DNA of 64,000 nucleotides from Oculina patagonica (Eukaryota), in assembly GCF_052425735.1 (NCBI RefSeq), contig NC_135760.1:10602001-10666000 (forward strand), read 5' to 3'. Shown in pieces: positions 23,139-36,800 of this stretch. Under the pieces are notes generated by a model that was not told where the DNA came from, did not search any database, and saw nothing but the letters and a program-made list of their open reading frames with translations. How positions within the stretch are numbered: the first letter of the stretch is position 1; every line of letters begins with the position of its first letter. A program made the translations under genes and the position numbers.

Positions 23139-24314
23139 ATGGCAGAGGTGCAGTTGAAGTGGTTCCACACGTTTCTCTTCCTTTTCCAAGCTATTCTATC
23201 AGTGGCGGACACTACTACAGACATTCTGACCTGTCTGACGTACAGAGAACAAGGAAATCAACAATGGTTTGCTGTGAGTCTTAGCGTCACCCTCGTAACA
23301 CTCACAGTGCTATGCGTTTGGTCGATAATTGCAAGCACCAGCCGTGCGACTCAGGACACGGACGATGTAGAGGTTGCTAATCCGGACGTGATATTCCGTA
23401 GCACGCGTATCAATGTTGCCCTCGGTTGCTTGTGTGTCGGGCCGCCGCTCCACAGCCTTCAGCTATTCTTCTTCTGCGCTTGTCGCTTCAAAGAGCTTTG
23501 GAAGTCGAGCAATGGTTTGCGCATCGAAAAAGATCGTCTCTATTACCTATACGTCCACACGCTCAACTTGAAAATGGTGGAGGGGCTGTTAGAATCTGCT
23601 CCGCAGCTTATAATACAGGTTTACGCTATGGTGATGCAAAACAGTGAAAAAATTGAACTTATACAGATGATCTCGGCGCCGATTTCCTTTGTTGCCCTGG
23701 TGTGGATGTTTACGTCCATGGAAATTCTTCGTGAGTTCGAAAATTACAACTTGAAGTTTCTACACAATGTTCTAATCTTTCTAAGCAACGTCGGTATGAT
23801 CGCTGCTCGTTCGCTGGCGATTATCTTTTTCACAGTCGCTTTTCCTTGGTGGTTGCTCCTTGAGTTCGGCGTTCACTGGCTCCTAACCAATGTCATTGGA
23901 ATCTGGCTGTGGCGATCTAACCGAAAGCAAGATATGTTGGTATTCATTTTCGCTTATTCTCCTCTCTATCTATTCGTTTACAGCTCATACTACTTAAAAA
24001 AGCTCCGGGGCAATGTGCCCTTTAGCTTAGCGCTTCAAGACATATCGACAATCTCATGGCATGTCCTTTTTACTGTGGAAAATATCGCCATGATAATTTC
24101 TGCGCACTATTTAACGTCCCACGACAAAGCGTGGTTTGATACTACTGCCCTTGTTGTTGTTCTGGTTGGAAATATTGGAGGGATGCTTTTAAAGTGGATG
24201 TCATGGTGTTGTTGTTTTACAGCAGAGCGTTCGCCTGATAACGAAACTCTTTCAAGAGCAGTAACAATTGTTTTAAAATCGGACTCTTCAAGTAGAAACC
24301 ATTTAAAACATTGA
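23139..24314 (+). CDS. XKR: XK-related protein (XKR/CED-8 family putative phospholipid scramblase), single coding exon, 391 aa
   Basis: Family motifs ADTTTDI (TM1 DxxTD), EGLLESAPQLIIQ, SFVALVW, ARSLAII, HW and ENIAM; multiple TM segments. Confidence 0.9.
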   Translation: MAEVQLKWFHTFLFLFQAILSVADTTTDILTCLTYREQGNQQWFAVSLSVTLVTLTVLCVWSIIASTSRATQDTDDVEVANPDVIFRSTRINVALGCLCVGPPLHSLQLFFFCACRFKELWKSSNGLRIEKDRLYYLYVHTLNLKMVEGLLESAPQLIIQVYAMVMQNSEKIELIQMISAPISFVALVWMFTSMEILREFENYNLKFLHNVLIFLSNVGMIAARSLAIIFFTVAFPWWLLLEFGVHWLLTNVIGIWLWRSNRKQDMLVFIFAYSPLYLFVYSSYYLKKLRGNVPFSLALQDISTISWHVLFTVENIAMIISAHYLTSHDKAWFDTTALVVVLVGNIGGMLLKWMSWCCCFTAERSPDNETLSRAVTIVLKSDSSSRNHLKH

Positions 24315-27300
24315 ACTGCAATCTGTAACATAAAAATTTGAATTTTGGCTTTGTACAATCTAAAAATTTAAGATCTGGCTTCGTCATAAATGAAGAGGGT
24401 ACTGATTTTGAGTTGTAAGGGCCGGTTCAGACGTTGAACTATTCATGAGCCTAACCTAATCAGCCTAACATAAATTATTATAATGCATTTTGCAAGCAGT
24501 TGAACTCAGGAAGCATGAGTCTTAAGGAGAGTGTTTAATTACCATCAGACGTCTTAGGAACGGCTAGGTAACGGCTACTTAAGACGTCTGAATCAACAGG
24601 CGTACTTTTGTTATATGGCCTGAAACGAAAGTTTGGCAATTGCGAGCCATTGAAGTGAGACCTTGCTGATTAAAGCCGATAAACGGGTCATTTCTGAAGA
24701 CAGAAAGCGTATACAATAATTCCATTCCTGTTTACAAATGTTTATGTATACCAGTAAAACACTTGTGCTTTTTTTTTCTTTTCCTAAGCAGTTTAGTATT
24801 ACTGTATATAAATTAGTGTTTGCTCAGTTAACAAAATCCTTCAACCACATCTTCGTGTCTCTCTTCAGTGCTAATCTACTTCCATTATTTATTTGTCGAG
24901 TGTTCAAGATTAATGAATTCGAAATAGACAAAAGCTTAGGCTGACATTTTGACCTTGTATTTTTCTTGACAGGCGAGAGTATTGTTATGAAATTTAAGTA
25001 GCTCATAGTTTTGGAGGAATGAACGAATTGGCATGACAGAAGAAGGTAGTGTCACGAACAACGCAGCTTGAAAGAAAGGCTAATTCTTTTCCTAGTCCTA
25101 TTCTAATCTTCAGCAGCAATCACCCCGGCTTGTTTATCGGTTCGGCCATGCTTACACTTCTTTTGCGTTTCAGTCTAGCTTAGAAAACTATAACTTTTTC
25201 AAGAGGTAATTTTGCAGACCTTTGCACGTCAAAGAAATTACGTATCGCTACATTGCTCCCTTAAATTATCTGTTATAAATATTTCTGGTCATTTCTTATT
25301 CGTGTAACTAAGAATTTTATTAAAACTGTTTTTTTTGTTTGTTTTCTTTTGCTGGCTTGTGAAGCATGAAGCTCTTAGCATCGGCCTAAACTGATACTTA
25401 ATTAACAAAATATTGCATAAGGTTCCACGGCTACACAAGATTATACAAGTGGCCAAATCCCTTTTCCAGTAATTGATTTAGTTAAATTGGACACTAAACT
25501 AACACATCAAATCAGTAAAGACCAGTAAATGAGTGAAAACTAAGATTGTTTTTTGTGGGAAAATGTTATAGTTCCTATTATTTATGCTGCTTAGTTAAGT
25601 TAGAATGTCTTTATTTAGATCGAAAGGATTAGCCAAAGTAAATAATTTCAACTGGTATTTAAACATAAATAAAAACTCTCATTACTGTTACGTATACTGT
25701 CCTTATTCATGAATAAACTGTTTTATTAAGGAACCGATTTTAAATCCGGTGGATTTACAATGTTAAAATAGGCTGGGTGAATCGAACTGCAAAACAAGGA
25801 AACATGTTTTCAGAAACATTTATAGCGCGCACATGTTTCCTCGATGTTTCCTAGTTTTGCCACCCGGGAAGCATTGTTTTCAGCGTTATTTTTTTCCCAA
25901 GAAGTAGAATTTGCTTCAGCTGCTATTCGGCAGAAACATTTCGTGTTTCCGCACGGCATGAAACATAGCAAAACGAGGAAACAATTGTGGAAACATGCTT
26001 CCAGTATGTTTCCGATCTGGAAACATGTTTATTTGTTTTGCCGGGCCTTTAGTTGAGCAACATGGATATTATACCGTTAACTGTGTGACTGTGATCAATT
26101 TACCCTTTGCGCTGATTCGAGTAGACTTTCTAAAAAGTCGTTTGCTTCTCGTTTCCGGGTTGGTGCTTGTAGATCCCCGGTGCTCGACTTGACGACTTGT
26201 AGATCGAAGACGTGCTTTCAAGTGGAGCCAGAGCGCGAGCGGAGAGCACGGGGCACACCACAAACCGAAAACGAGCAGCGACGCAGTAGAAAGTCTAGAT
26301 TCCAAAGCCTATAATTCGAGACAAAAGTCTTGGGACACTTTTCTTTTCCACCCTTTTCCACTCAGCAAGGCCGTTAAACTGCAATGTTGTGATATCATCT
26401 ATGCCAACTCTCCCAGATTATCCTGGAGTCTCCCAAATATAGACCGAATCTCCCGTACGGGTTACCAATTCTCCCTGACACAAAGGAAGTACGTGATTTT
26501 ACCGGCTTTTGGCCGATGACGGGCGATTTCGGGAAGGTGGTGGGGGGGGGGGGGGGTTAAGGGGGACTTTTGGATCATTTGACGTGTTTTTGCGGTTGAT
26601 TCGGTAACTCTGTTCCCGTTTTGGGGGCCGAGAAGAGGCCCGCAATCGTGCATTTTTCGCAGTTGTATTCGTCTCTGCCAGCGGCTTTGATCTATTTGCT
26701 GCTAGGTTTCGGAGTCTCGGATACGTTTGTTTCTTTTTCTGGCCGACGGTCTCGGTTTAAATAAAACAAATCAAAGGTCTAACAAAAGAGACCGTTCTTC
26801 TCAAGCGACACATCCAAAGATAAAAGATGTTACGCTTCCCGCTAGAAGGGGTGGATAAATACTTCAAGTTTTCCCAATGGCACCCCTTGACATACGTGAG
26901 ACCTTACTAAACCAACAGGAAGACTAGTACTAATGCATTTTTTCTATTGACGAATATCGAATAAATGTTACGCTTCAGCATTCCTTTAAGGTGAATTTGG
27001 ATCACGCAACTTAAGTCCGACGTGTGACGACTAGCACCCACCGTCTGCAATCGACGCTACTTATAAGATGAAAGATGCCCGATTTCGATGATACTATCTC
27101 CCATCAGTATAGCGATATCGATACAGTCGACGGCACAGTCCAGGCGCCCTCGCGACCAATGTAAACATTTTTGTCAGTTCGATAATAGATGCCCAGTAAT
27201 TTGAAATTGCAGAACTTGAAGCAGACCCAAAATTTGGTACCTTGAAACTACAAACATTCTATTTGCGGCGTGTTTTCCAAATGGTGCACAGCTTTAAAAG

Positions 27301-29462
27301 TATTGTCATACATCGCAATCCTTCAAAGGAACCAGTCGATCGAGGAAGACAAATCGTCCGAGGAGGTTTTCAGTCCAGTGATCAAACCAATAGGAAGCTA
27401 AACTGGGTGCTTAAGTTTGATGTTATCTCGAACGGCTAGTCAAAACAATTTTAATTGCTTAATAATCATTTTCAAGTGTTTTTACACAGTATGAGTGGTT
27501 TGTTTGTCTTAAAATGAGGAGTAGTTATATTTGCTTCCATTAAGATTCAAGTATTAGGCCACCGCGCCTCAAGTATTAGAGGGACTGATATAAAAGCTAT
27601 CTGAACCATCCAAGTTTTCATTACTATAATTTATCCGTTCGCCTAATGAAATTTTTTTTCCCGTTTAATTACGATTATTATTTGTTTTGGGCACACGGGA
27701 GTTAGTTTCGAAATTTTTCATATATATGTTAAATACATTCAGTCAACCATTTTGACCTTGGAATATTGAGCGCACAATGGCAGCGCCACATCTTTTTAAA
27801 GGCGCGGCAGACAATAAATATTGTTTTAGACATTTCATTATCAACAAGTTATGAAAACGTTTTTAGCGCCAAAAGTTGCTCAAAAGTTTCCGAGCACATT
27901 CGGGACAGGCCTGGGTAGGAAGAGCCTGTGATGCCGCCGTTCCATGATATCAGAACTAGTATCATGATCTTATTGGTAAGATTGCTGAGTTTCACAGCTT
28001 CAGCATGAATATTTGCGCATTTTGCTGATCATGAATTCATCAAGACAGTCTTATGGGGAGAAGGAGAGATGGAGAGGTCGGTGAGAGCAAAATTGCCGAG
28101 AAAGACCGGGAGAACCTTATATTTGGTTTATAAAATGAGATGTAACAATTGACACGTCTTAAGTGAGAAAAATGATGAATGTATTTGTGTGGGACCATTT
28201 GTGTCCTGTGAAAGACAAAACCCCAAAAGTAAATATTAAAAACAAAGAACACGCCCAAATATCTAATACAAGCTTAAAGATCAGCTCGCCGTACACTCAT
28301 AAGAGGCAGGCTACTTCGTCATTTAAAACAACAACAGAAATTCCTCTATACGTATACATCAATACTTCAAATACAATAACGACCCGAAACGGAGCAATGG
28401 CCCGTGCGTGGGAAAAACCCTACAATTTATGAAAAAAATCACCGAAACACTATTTACAATAACAACTGTACTGTAGGAGCAACTAACCCAAAGTTGAACA
28501 TGCAGAAATGATATTTTGTAAAACGTCGTAACTGAAACAGGTTAAAGTTGTTCAGAGGCAGATTTTTTCAGAAACGAAGCTGAATTTCCATAAACAATAC
28601 ACTACTATGGGGACAACGAACTAGGAACAAATTTTAATACTACTATCATTCTTATTAGTACTCGTATTACAAACCGTAATTATAAAGGGAATGCATTTTT
28701 TCAACTTTGGTCAGTTTAGCTTCGCAGTTGTTTACTCATCAATTTTCATTCGATATCGATTCTACGAAATAGCGAAACTAGTGATAGTGAACGAAAACAA
28801 AGATTGCTATCAGAAATTCTATACAGATCGCTCTTCCGAAGACTGTCGAAAAAACTGAGCTCGGTATTGGTTCATTGACAAGTTAATAAATCACGTGCTA
28901 TGTGTTCTAACCAATCAAATCGAAGCACTCTATACTCGGCCACTTGGAATCAAAACCAACTCAAACCAGAATTTGGATCACGTGAGTTATTTCGCTCTTG
29001 CTGCATACACCTGGTTGGATATGTAATCTATATGTGGCTTATATTGTTTACATCTACGACAGTCTACGGAGAAGCTTTGTTGAATGGTAAAACCTAAAAT
29101 GAACGCGAGGATATGTCATGTACCTATTACTCACAAGTACTTAAATATTAATTAGTATTTTAGTATTATTATCAGTATTTTACATCCAGAAAGGAATAGC
29201 ATGTTCACAGGTTACATGCAGCTAGGCGGAATAGATGAATAGCTATATTTTTGTTTTTACCATTTAAGGGATCGGTTAAAATGAAGAATTTACAATAAAT
29301 GGTCACAAAGCCTGTGTACTGAATGCATGCTATCTTAATTGGCCAATGACTAAGACATTTTGCCCCTTATTTACACACTTGATAGCCAACATAACTTGCA
29401 GTTTATAGGCAATGCCATATTCAAAAATCTTGTTGGCGCCAAGGTTCACAGCAGTAAAGTCT

Positions 29463-30889
29463 TCAAGCGTTAGTGGAATTCCACGGGGAGAACATGTCTC
29501 CCTCAAAGCTCAAATTGAATGTTCCTTCACCGTCATCTGCGTCGTACCTCTCAGCTGCTGCATACATATCCTGACGTAACTCCTCGACCTGCTGTTCCTC
29601 GTTGAGCTCTGCGTCAGCCTCAGCGTAGGCAGACTCGGCATTGACCCCCCACCGCCTCTCCACAATGTGATCTAACAGACGCTCCTCAGCCCACTCCTCA
29701 CAGTAGAAGCCGCTCAGAGATGACTCCAGTCTTGTGAAGCGCTGAGCCACCAAGTCCATTGGTTTGAACTTTCGCTTGGCTGTAATTTTCTTCTTGTTCT
29801 TCATCGCCAGCAGATCTTTATTCACTTCTTCTTCAATGTTCTTTTTCTCGAGCGGTTCATCGGAAACCATGACCTTGTTCGGCTGCATGCCAGTGAATTT
29901 CCTGAAGCGCTTGATCATAAAATCAACGATTTCGTACTCGTTTTCCTGGTCATCTATGCCCGCCTTCACTTCTGAAAACACATCCAGTACGATGGTAAGG
30001 AACATGTTCATCAAAATGAACGTGCCCAGGACCATGAAAGAGAAGAAGAATAAGGGCCCCAGGATAGGCGCCGCGTCTTCAATGGCCCTGTAGTCAAACG
30101 CTCCAAGTAAAATTCCCATCACGGTCTCGCACGTGGAGACAAAGTTATAGAAGTCCGCAATGTCCTTGCCGAACACAGCAAATGCAAACAGTGAGTAAGA
30201 GAAAAAAAATACCAGGAAGACCACAGAGAAGGCAGCCAAAGGGCCAGCTGAGCCCCTCAAGGTTTGCGCAAGGATCGTGATACGGCGGTTGAAGCGTAGA
30301 AGCTTAATTGCTTTGATCCACGCAGTGAACACCACTAAGGCAACCATATACATGAATACCTCGTTCCAGGACGCTACTCGGCCAAAACTGACGTATTTTC
30401 CAGGGTTGCTCTCCAGGCTGGCAATCGCTTGGCTGACGAGCATAGAACGCGTAAAGAACATCCCCACGCACGTGAACACCAAAATGATCATGGTGAACTC
30501 GACATAGTTCCAGAACTCTTTAAAGTAACCTTTGCGTAGTCTGTAGAGCTGCTTGAGCTCTTGATAAATAAACACGCCGAAGAACAACAGGATGAAAAAC
30601 TCGCAAGCCAAGAGGAACGATTCGAAACCACCGCCGAAAGTGAAAAGGCGAGCGATCTTGAGATCGGTGAAAAGGAATACGCCATTGGTAGGCAGGAATT
30701 CAACCACTAAAGTCATCACACAGAACAGATTTGCCACGTGATTGTAGGTTGCTATCTCAGTGATGACAGCACGAGTTTGTGCATCGATCCAGTTGTTGTC
30801 TTCCAGTGTTTGAATGATCTTTGTTGCATTCTCTCTTGTATAACCTAAGTCTGCGACAAATCCGCCTCCACCATATGTAGATACGTATC
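29463..30889 (-). CDS. PKD1: Polycystin-1-like last exon (channel-like S2-S6, C-tail)
   Basis: GYVSTYGGGGFVADLG...WIDAQTRAV...KLLRFN...LGPLFFFSF...LMNMFLTIV; stop TGA. Confidence 0.93.
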
Positions 30890-33800
30890 CTAAGAAAAAT
30901 GAAGAAGATAACGTATTTCGTTGCGGTTCAATTTTTTCCCTTTCACATTTGTGACCGCAAAATCTGTCTAAACATGCATATGCCATTGGATTAAAGACCA
31001 CCAACCCCTCCCCTACGTATTCCCCCCTCCATCCCTTTCCTTCTTCCAATCATATCCCAGGAGTCCATTACTCGTACTACATGGATTTAACAGTAGCCCA
31101 ATATTGGAAAATCAAATACTAGCCTAATATTGTAAATTAATACGAGCCCAACACATTATTTATGACATATTTTGTCACTTGCCAATATTGGGCTCGTATT
31201 AATTTTACAATATTAGCCGGGCTAGTATTTGATTTTCCAATATTGGGCTACTGTTAAATCCATGTAGTACGAGTAATGGACTCCTGGGATGTGTTAAGCG
31301 GCTATCACACGACACAACAACAGTTGTCAAACAAGTTGGCAAACTGTTGGTGAGAATAGAGAAAAGTTATATTTGTCGCTAACAGTTGGCCAACTTATTT
31401 GCCGTTGCTGCGTCGTTCACACACACCAACTTGAGTTTGCCAACACGAGTTGGCCAATTGTTTGTCGTGTGAAGGCCGCTTTACGTTTGGAACACGCTTT
31501 GAATTAAAATTTTTAATTTGAGCAATACTTTTTATTACTTATTACAGCGCTGCACAAAAAGGTTTAACTTTTACGTCAGTTAGTGCATGAAACCTAAATA
31601 CGTTAAACCTAGTAAATGTATGTGCAACCATTTAAATGAAATTTTTTGCGTAGTTTTTCTTTTATGTGCTTGTTTTTCAATATCTAAGGGCTAAAACAGT
31701 CGAAAAACAGAGGTCATTTGTTAGACAACTACATCAGGCCATATTACCCCAAGACACCATAACTAAGGAAACTTGTAAGCATGTTCATGTGTAGACGGCT
31801 TACCCATAACAGGTAAGGTGTCCAGTTCATCGGATGTGTTGAATTCCCAAGCCCGGTAGGTGAAAGGAGGATTGTATAGCGACTCGTTCTTCAGCGGCTC
31901 CCAACCAATATCATACTGACCGGTGTCTTCCGCGAAAAACCCGTACCAGTCATTACATTCGTCGATGTAACGTCTGAGGTCTGGGGCAACTTCACAGCTA
32001 TCTGTTTATAAAAATAAAAAAATATCTATCAATGTTGTTGATTTACATTTCATTTAGAAAAGAGCAGTTTTCGCTTGAGTATCAAAGTAATTCGCGTTCT
32101 CTTTGGTTTTGCATTACTACGCTTAGTAATTGGTTTTGAAATCCCACGCCACTTTTTCATCCAATCAGAAGTAAAACCTAAACAAATCGCAAATCGCTCA
32201 TGTCACCGTGAAACGCTTCCCAGACGCTTCGCTCCGTATACATACACATAGATTTACTTCGAAATTTAAAGATTCACTGGATTGTCTGTGTCCTTTGTGA
32301 TTGGCTAGAGTGATTACTTCGGTTTTAGTTTGAAAATGGCAGTCAACTGTAAACCGCTATATGAGAAGCAAAACCATTCCAATGCTAACTTGTTACGCGC
32401 GTTTGACTCTCGGTCTATGCAAATCGTGGCGACTTTATCTGATCAGTTTAGGTAACTTACGGCAGTCCAGAACGGGCCTTTGCATATTCAGAAAAATATT
32501 TGTACATTTAAATGTTGTGGATCATTCTATACTGAAACAGTGGCTAAATTTGGCTTTTTTTTGTCCGATTTGAACAAGGGCTCAATACACTGTACGCAGT
32601 CGAAAGGTGTTTCCTTCACCGTTTCTTGGTTTTCGGTCGCTGTTTGGTAAATTTCTCGACGTCTGCAAAAAATATTCCGTCTCTAGATCGGGTTTTTCCG
32701 AAGATTAAAACTATAAAAATGTCGATTTCGAGAGAATAATTTGGTTTTTCGTTATGTCTAAAAATTTTCTCTGTGATGAATGAAAAAAATGGCGCGCGCG
32801 CTCCCGGCAAGGCGTTCGGCGGGAAAACTTGGAGGCCGTGATGAATGCACGGGAACTTTCGTGGAATACTGCGGAATATGCAACGGCTTTCCAGGCTCCT
32901 GATTGGCTGTATTCTTCAAGGCATGGGATAAAAAAACTGTATTCTTTTATTTTAATAACGAAATAACAAATCTTAAAACATTACTCACAGTTTTTAACTC
33001 TAAGTTGTCTAAACCTCGCCATTCCAATGATGTAAGCCGTCAGGTCAGCAGTGAAGCCAGGCTCAGTGTCATTTCCATTGTACCAGGAGGTGGTATAGAG
33101 AGCATTCATCAGCGTCGTCTTCGCGTACAGGTAGAAGTTTTCACGGCTACCAATCTGTATTTCGCACGACAAAACACAATATAAATGGGTACAATCAAGA
33201 TGACATTAGGATAATGATGATAATGATCATCAATTTATATAGCGCATTTTTCATATGTTATGTTTAAATGCGTTGTACACATACTGTAATTTACTACACA
33301 AAGGCCAGACCACAACACCGGGAACTTCGTGCCCTACTCTTTGCGAATAGTGCGTGGGTTCTTTAACGTCCCCTGTTATAAGACTGAGGATACAGGAGAC
33401 GGGACCTACGGTTTATCGTCCTTTTCCGAGAAGACTAGAATATCTAAGAGATAGGATAAGAGATAGCCTGCGAGAGCAGCCTGGTTTTTCACTGTTATTT
33501 CACGGGATAGAGCGGTTTTCACTTGAGAGTCGAAAGTAATTCGCGTTTGCATTGCCGGGTTTTGCATTACTACGCTTTGTGATTGGTTTAAAACCCTCTC
33601 GCCACTTTCTAAGCCAATCAAAATTAAAACCAAAACCAATCACGACTCGCTCGCGCACGTTTTTCCGCGCTTCGTGCCGGCTACATGTATTTGCTTCGAG
33701 TTTTGATTGGTTTACTGGATTGTCTGTGTTCTTTGTGATTGGCTAGAGTGATTACTTTGGTTTTGGTTTTACGACACTCAATTGAAAACTGCTCTAAGTA

Positions 33801-36800
33801 ACACATAATTTACGGCTCCTCTCTTGCTGAAGCGTAGGAGTAGAGATAAATGACTGGTGGACGGAACTTACCAAATTACGGGAAAGGAAGTTTATTCACA
33901 GTGCATCTCTGACTTGAGTATAAGAATAAGGATCGTTAAATGACCGGGGGATGGAATGTACAAAATTCCGGGGCGGGGGAGGGAGGAGGGGAGAGGAGAA
34001 TAATCTCCAGTACTCGTAGCCGCTTCATGCTACGGAAATCGCAGTTAAGGTCATTGCGCTGTATTGCATTGCGCATCCTTACTGCGCAGAATTTTACGCG
34101 TAATTAGCGCGCGCACATAAACAAAATGAATGGCGGCTTTTTTCTATGCGGCTTAGTCCGCGAGAAAAGGAAATTGTCGCTTTCTCCTAAACGAGTCGGT
34201 GACCTATCAATTTTTTCTCATATTTTGGTTGTAGCGATCAAATTGTTTCTGTAAAATGAAAACAGATCAATTCTTGTGTTTGAAAAATAAATTATCGCTA
34301 AAAACGTGTACTTTGCTAGTACTCGCACAGGAATTTTAAAGGAATTATATGGAATATACAAGGTCTTCCCGCTCCCAAACGAATCTGGTGACCCCCCCTT
34401 TTTAAAACAAAATTTAAGTTCCCTTAAAGTTTTATAAACCAGTAGGCGACGTTTGGTTAAAAAACTATGTTCAGTTCTATTTCAGGGTAAATACATGCCT
34501 TACGAGCAATTGATTGATACCAAAACAGAGGTAATTGAACTTACATGTAAACTAGAAGAATAAGAAAGAAAATCATTCCGGTGCAATAGCTATATATATA
34601 GCTTGGTGTTTCAATGCACTCAAGTGGATGAGATGCTAGTCTATCACAAGCTATCCCTCCCCACCCCGGGCAGGGTCAGGCTTTCCTTGTTCACTGGTAC
34701 TAATTCAGTGCACCAGGGTGGAGAGAATTGCTGTGAGAGAAAAGTTTCTTGCCTCCGCCTAGCCGGCCAATAACAATTACGCTAGCGTGCCCAAGATACT
34801 TACCGCTGAAAATGTCTTGCTGCCTCCATGAACTCCTTCTACAAATGAGTTATACATTGTTTGCCTGAAAGCAAAGGACGTTGGATCGCGATGAGAATAG
34901 CTGACGATGCACAAACAGGCGACGAAAAAACAGTAGAGCGCGACCTCCTTGATGATTGCATTCATTTTCATTTCTTTAAACCTGCAAAATAAGATTATAA
35001 ACGTGTTTTTGAGAAACGAACGCTAGTAACGCTCAAAGACAAGTACATTGTTAACACCTTCTACTTTTTTTGCATATTCATAAATAATATAGGCTTCTCA
35101 CACGAAAATATTCCTTGGACCTAATCTGTTCCTTAAAGAAACCTGTTTGCTTCTCGGAACGGATAATGTCCGCGGTAAAATATTCATGCAAGTTTTCACG
35201 GCAAATGAAGGTCAGAGGTTATTGCTAAAATATCCCATGAGTAGAAACTAACGATAGTGGTTTTCTCAGTAGTAAGTTGAAACAAGTTCTCAGGGGCACC
35301 CAACGAAAGAATTTTACTATTGGTGTCGGAACAATCTCAATCGCAATTTCGTTTTACTTGAGCATAGTTAATTTCACTGGAGCCACTTGCCTTCTTGGCT
35401 ATATCGTGCACATTGTACATGTAGTTGTTGTAAATATTTTGAAACAAATTCAGCAAATTAACTTGCAATTATACCTGAGTTGTCTAGCTTGTTCCAATTT
35501 CGTTTTGTCAGGAGGTTGTAGACGGATAAGTGTCTTCGGTTTCATTCTTTTGTCGCTTGGTTCTGAAAGAAAGAAATAAAGAACAGCTATGTAAAAATAT
35601 AATTAAAAAACAAATACCTTGTTTAATACATTTATATCGACTATCGTATTCACCCAAGGGAAAAAACTCACTGCCTATAGTTCAACGTTACTTCTGAAAT
35701 CATTCTTTCTCTTTTAAGGTTTGATCCAAAACTAAGCAGAAATTTGGAAACCCTTTTAATTCTTTAAATAGTTACTGATTACAGAATCCACCAAAACCAG
35801 AACTTAAACAGAAAATATTTTGAAAATTGGTGTATTTTTCAAAACTTGTCAACTCTAGTTATATGCTTGTGTATATCTAGTCTTTTTTCCGCATTTTTTC
35901 GATGTTTGTTTAAGTTATTGTCCTTTTCTCCACAATTTCTTGTTTAGCCTTCAATTATCTGTAAAAGTAAAATAAAAGGTTACCATTATGGAAGGGTAAG
36001 TGTTTGCTTTTAAGGAGAAACGTCACGGACAACTCAACTGAAAAATTGCAAGTTTCAAGTTTTCGTCATCTCGTCCCCATAGCCCTTTCGTTTCTCTTAG
36101 CCGGCTGGGCCTTGGCACGAGAAAACGAAGGGATCTGGGAACACAGGATTCCAGTCCAGATCGACTTCCCCGAGCGCATGACGTTCAAAAGAATGTATGA
36201 GAGAGTCGACGTTTTCGACTTCCGTTTTGGAATTCTTCCCCCAGGCCCCAGAGCCCTCCGTCAGTTTCTCGTGCCAGCGGTAGAAACGAGGGGGGAGATG
36301 GTTTTTCGTTCGTAATTCTTCTTAACCTTCGAGACGATCCTGGTTTTTTCGTTTTATTACTTCTTATTTTTCAATTTAGAAAATTTTTCTTCAATAGGTA
36401 GTTTCGCCGGAATTACGCTTTACTGATCCTAAACAAAGTTGTGAAGTCGAGGTTGAGGGGAATAAAACAAAAGAAAATTCAAATTATTCCCCTGAACGTC
36501 GACTTATTCCTTTGCGATCAGTGGAGCGTAATTGAAACTAGCCTATTTGGAAGTAATCAGAAAAATAAATTAAAATATCGTGGCACTGCTCCTTTAATAA
36601 AGAGAATACTGTGAGAGTGGGAATGAGCTTGATGAGCTTAAATGTGTATTATTAAATGTTGAAGCAAGCAACCGTCTACAATATCCTACCGGTATACGTT
36701 GGATCAATAGTGATTTAATTCGGTTTATCGTATTGAAAGATGAATTTGGAAGCAAAGACCGATCACAAGCGTAGCAAGTGATTGAATTTCTTATGTACTA

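Noticed and set aside
23340-23390. DTDD as a caspase activation site in XKR
   Set aside because: Vertebrate XKR4/8/9 sites are in the C-terminal tail, where no such motif is present, and Val at P1' is unfavourable; unsupported.
30890-31049. N-terminal 53 codons of the 528-aa ORF
   Set aside because: Intronic read-through upstream of the acceptor at 30889; not an independent PKD2-like gene, because upstream exons splice in frame.
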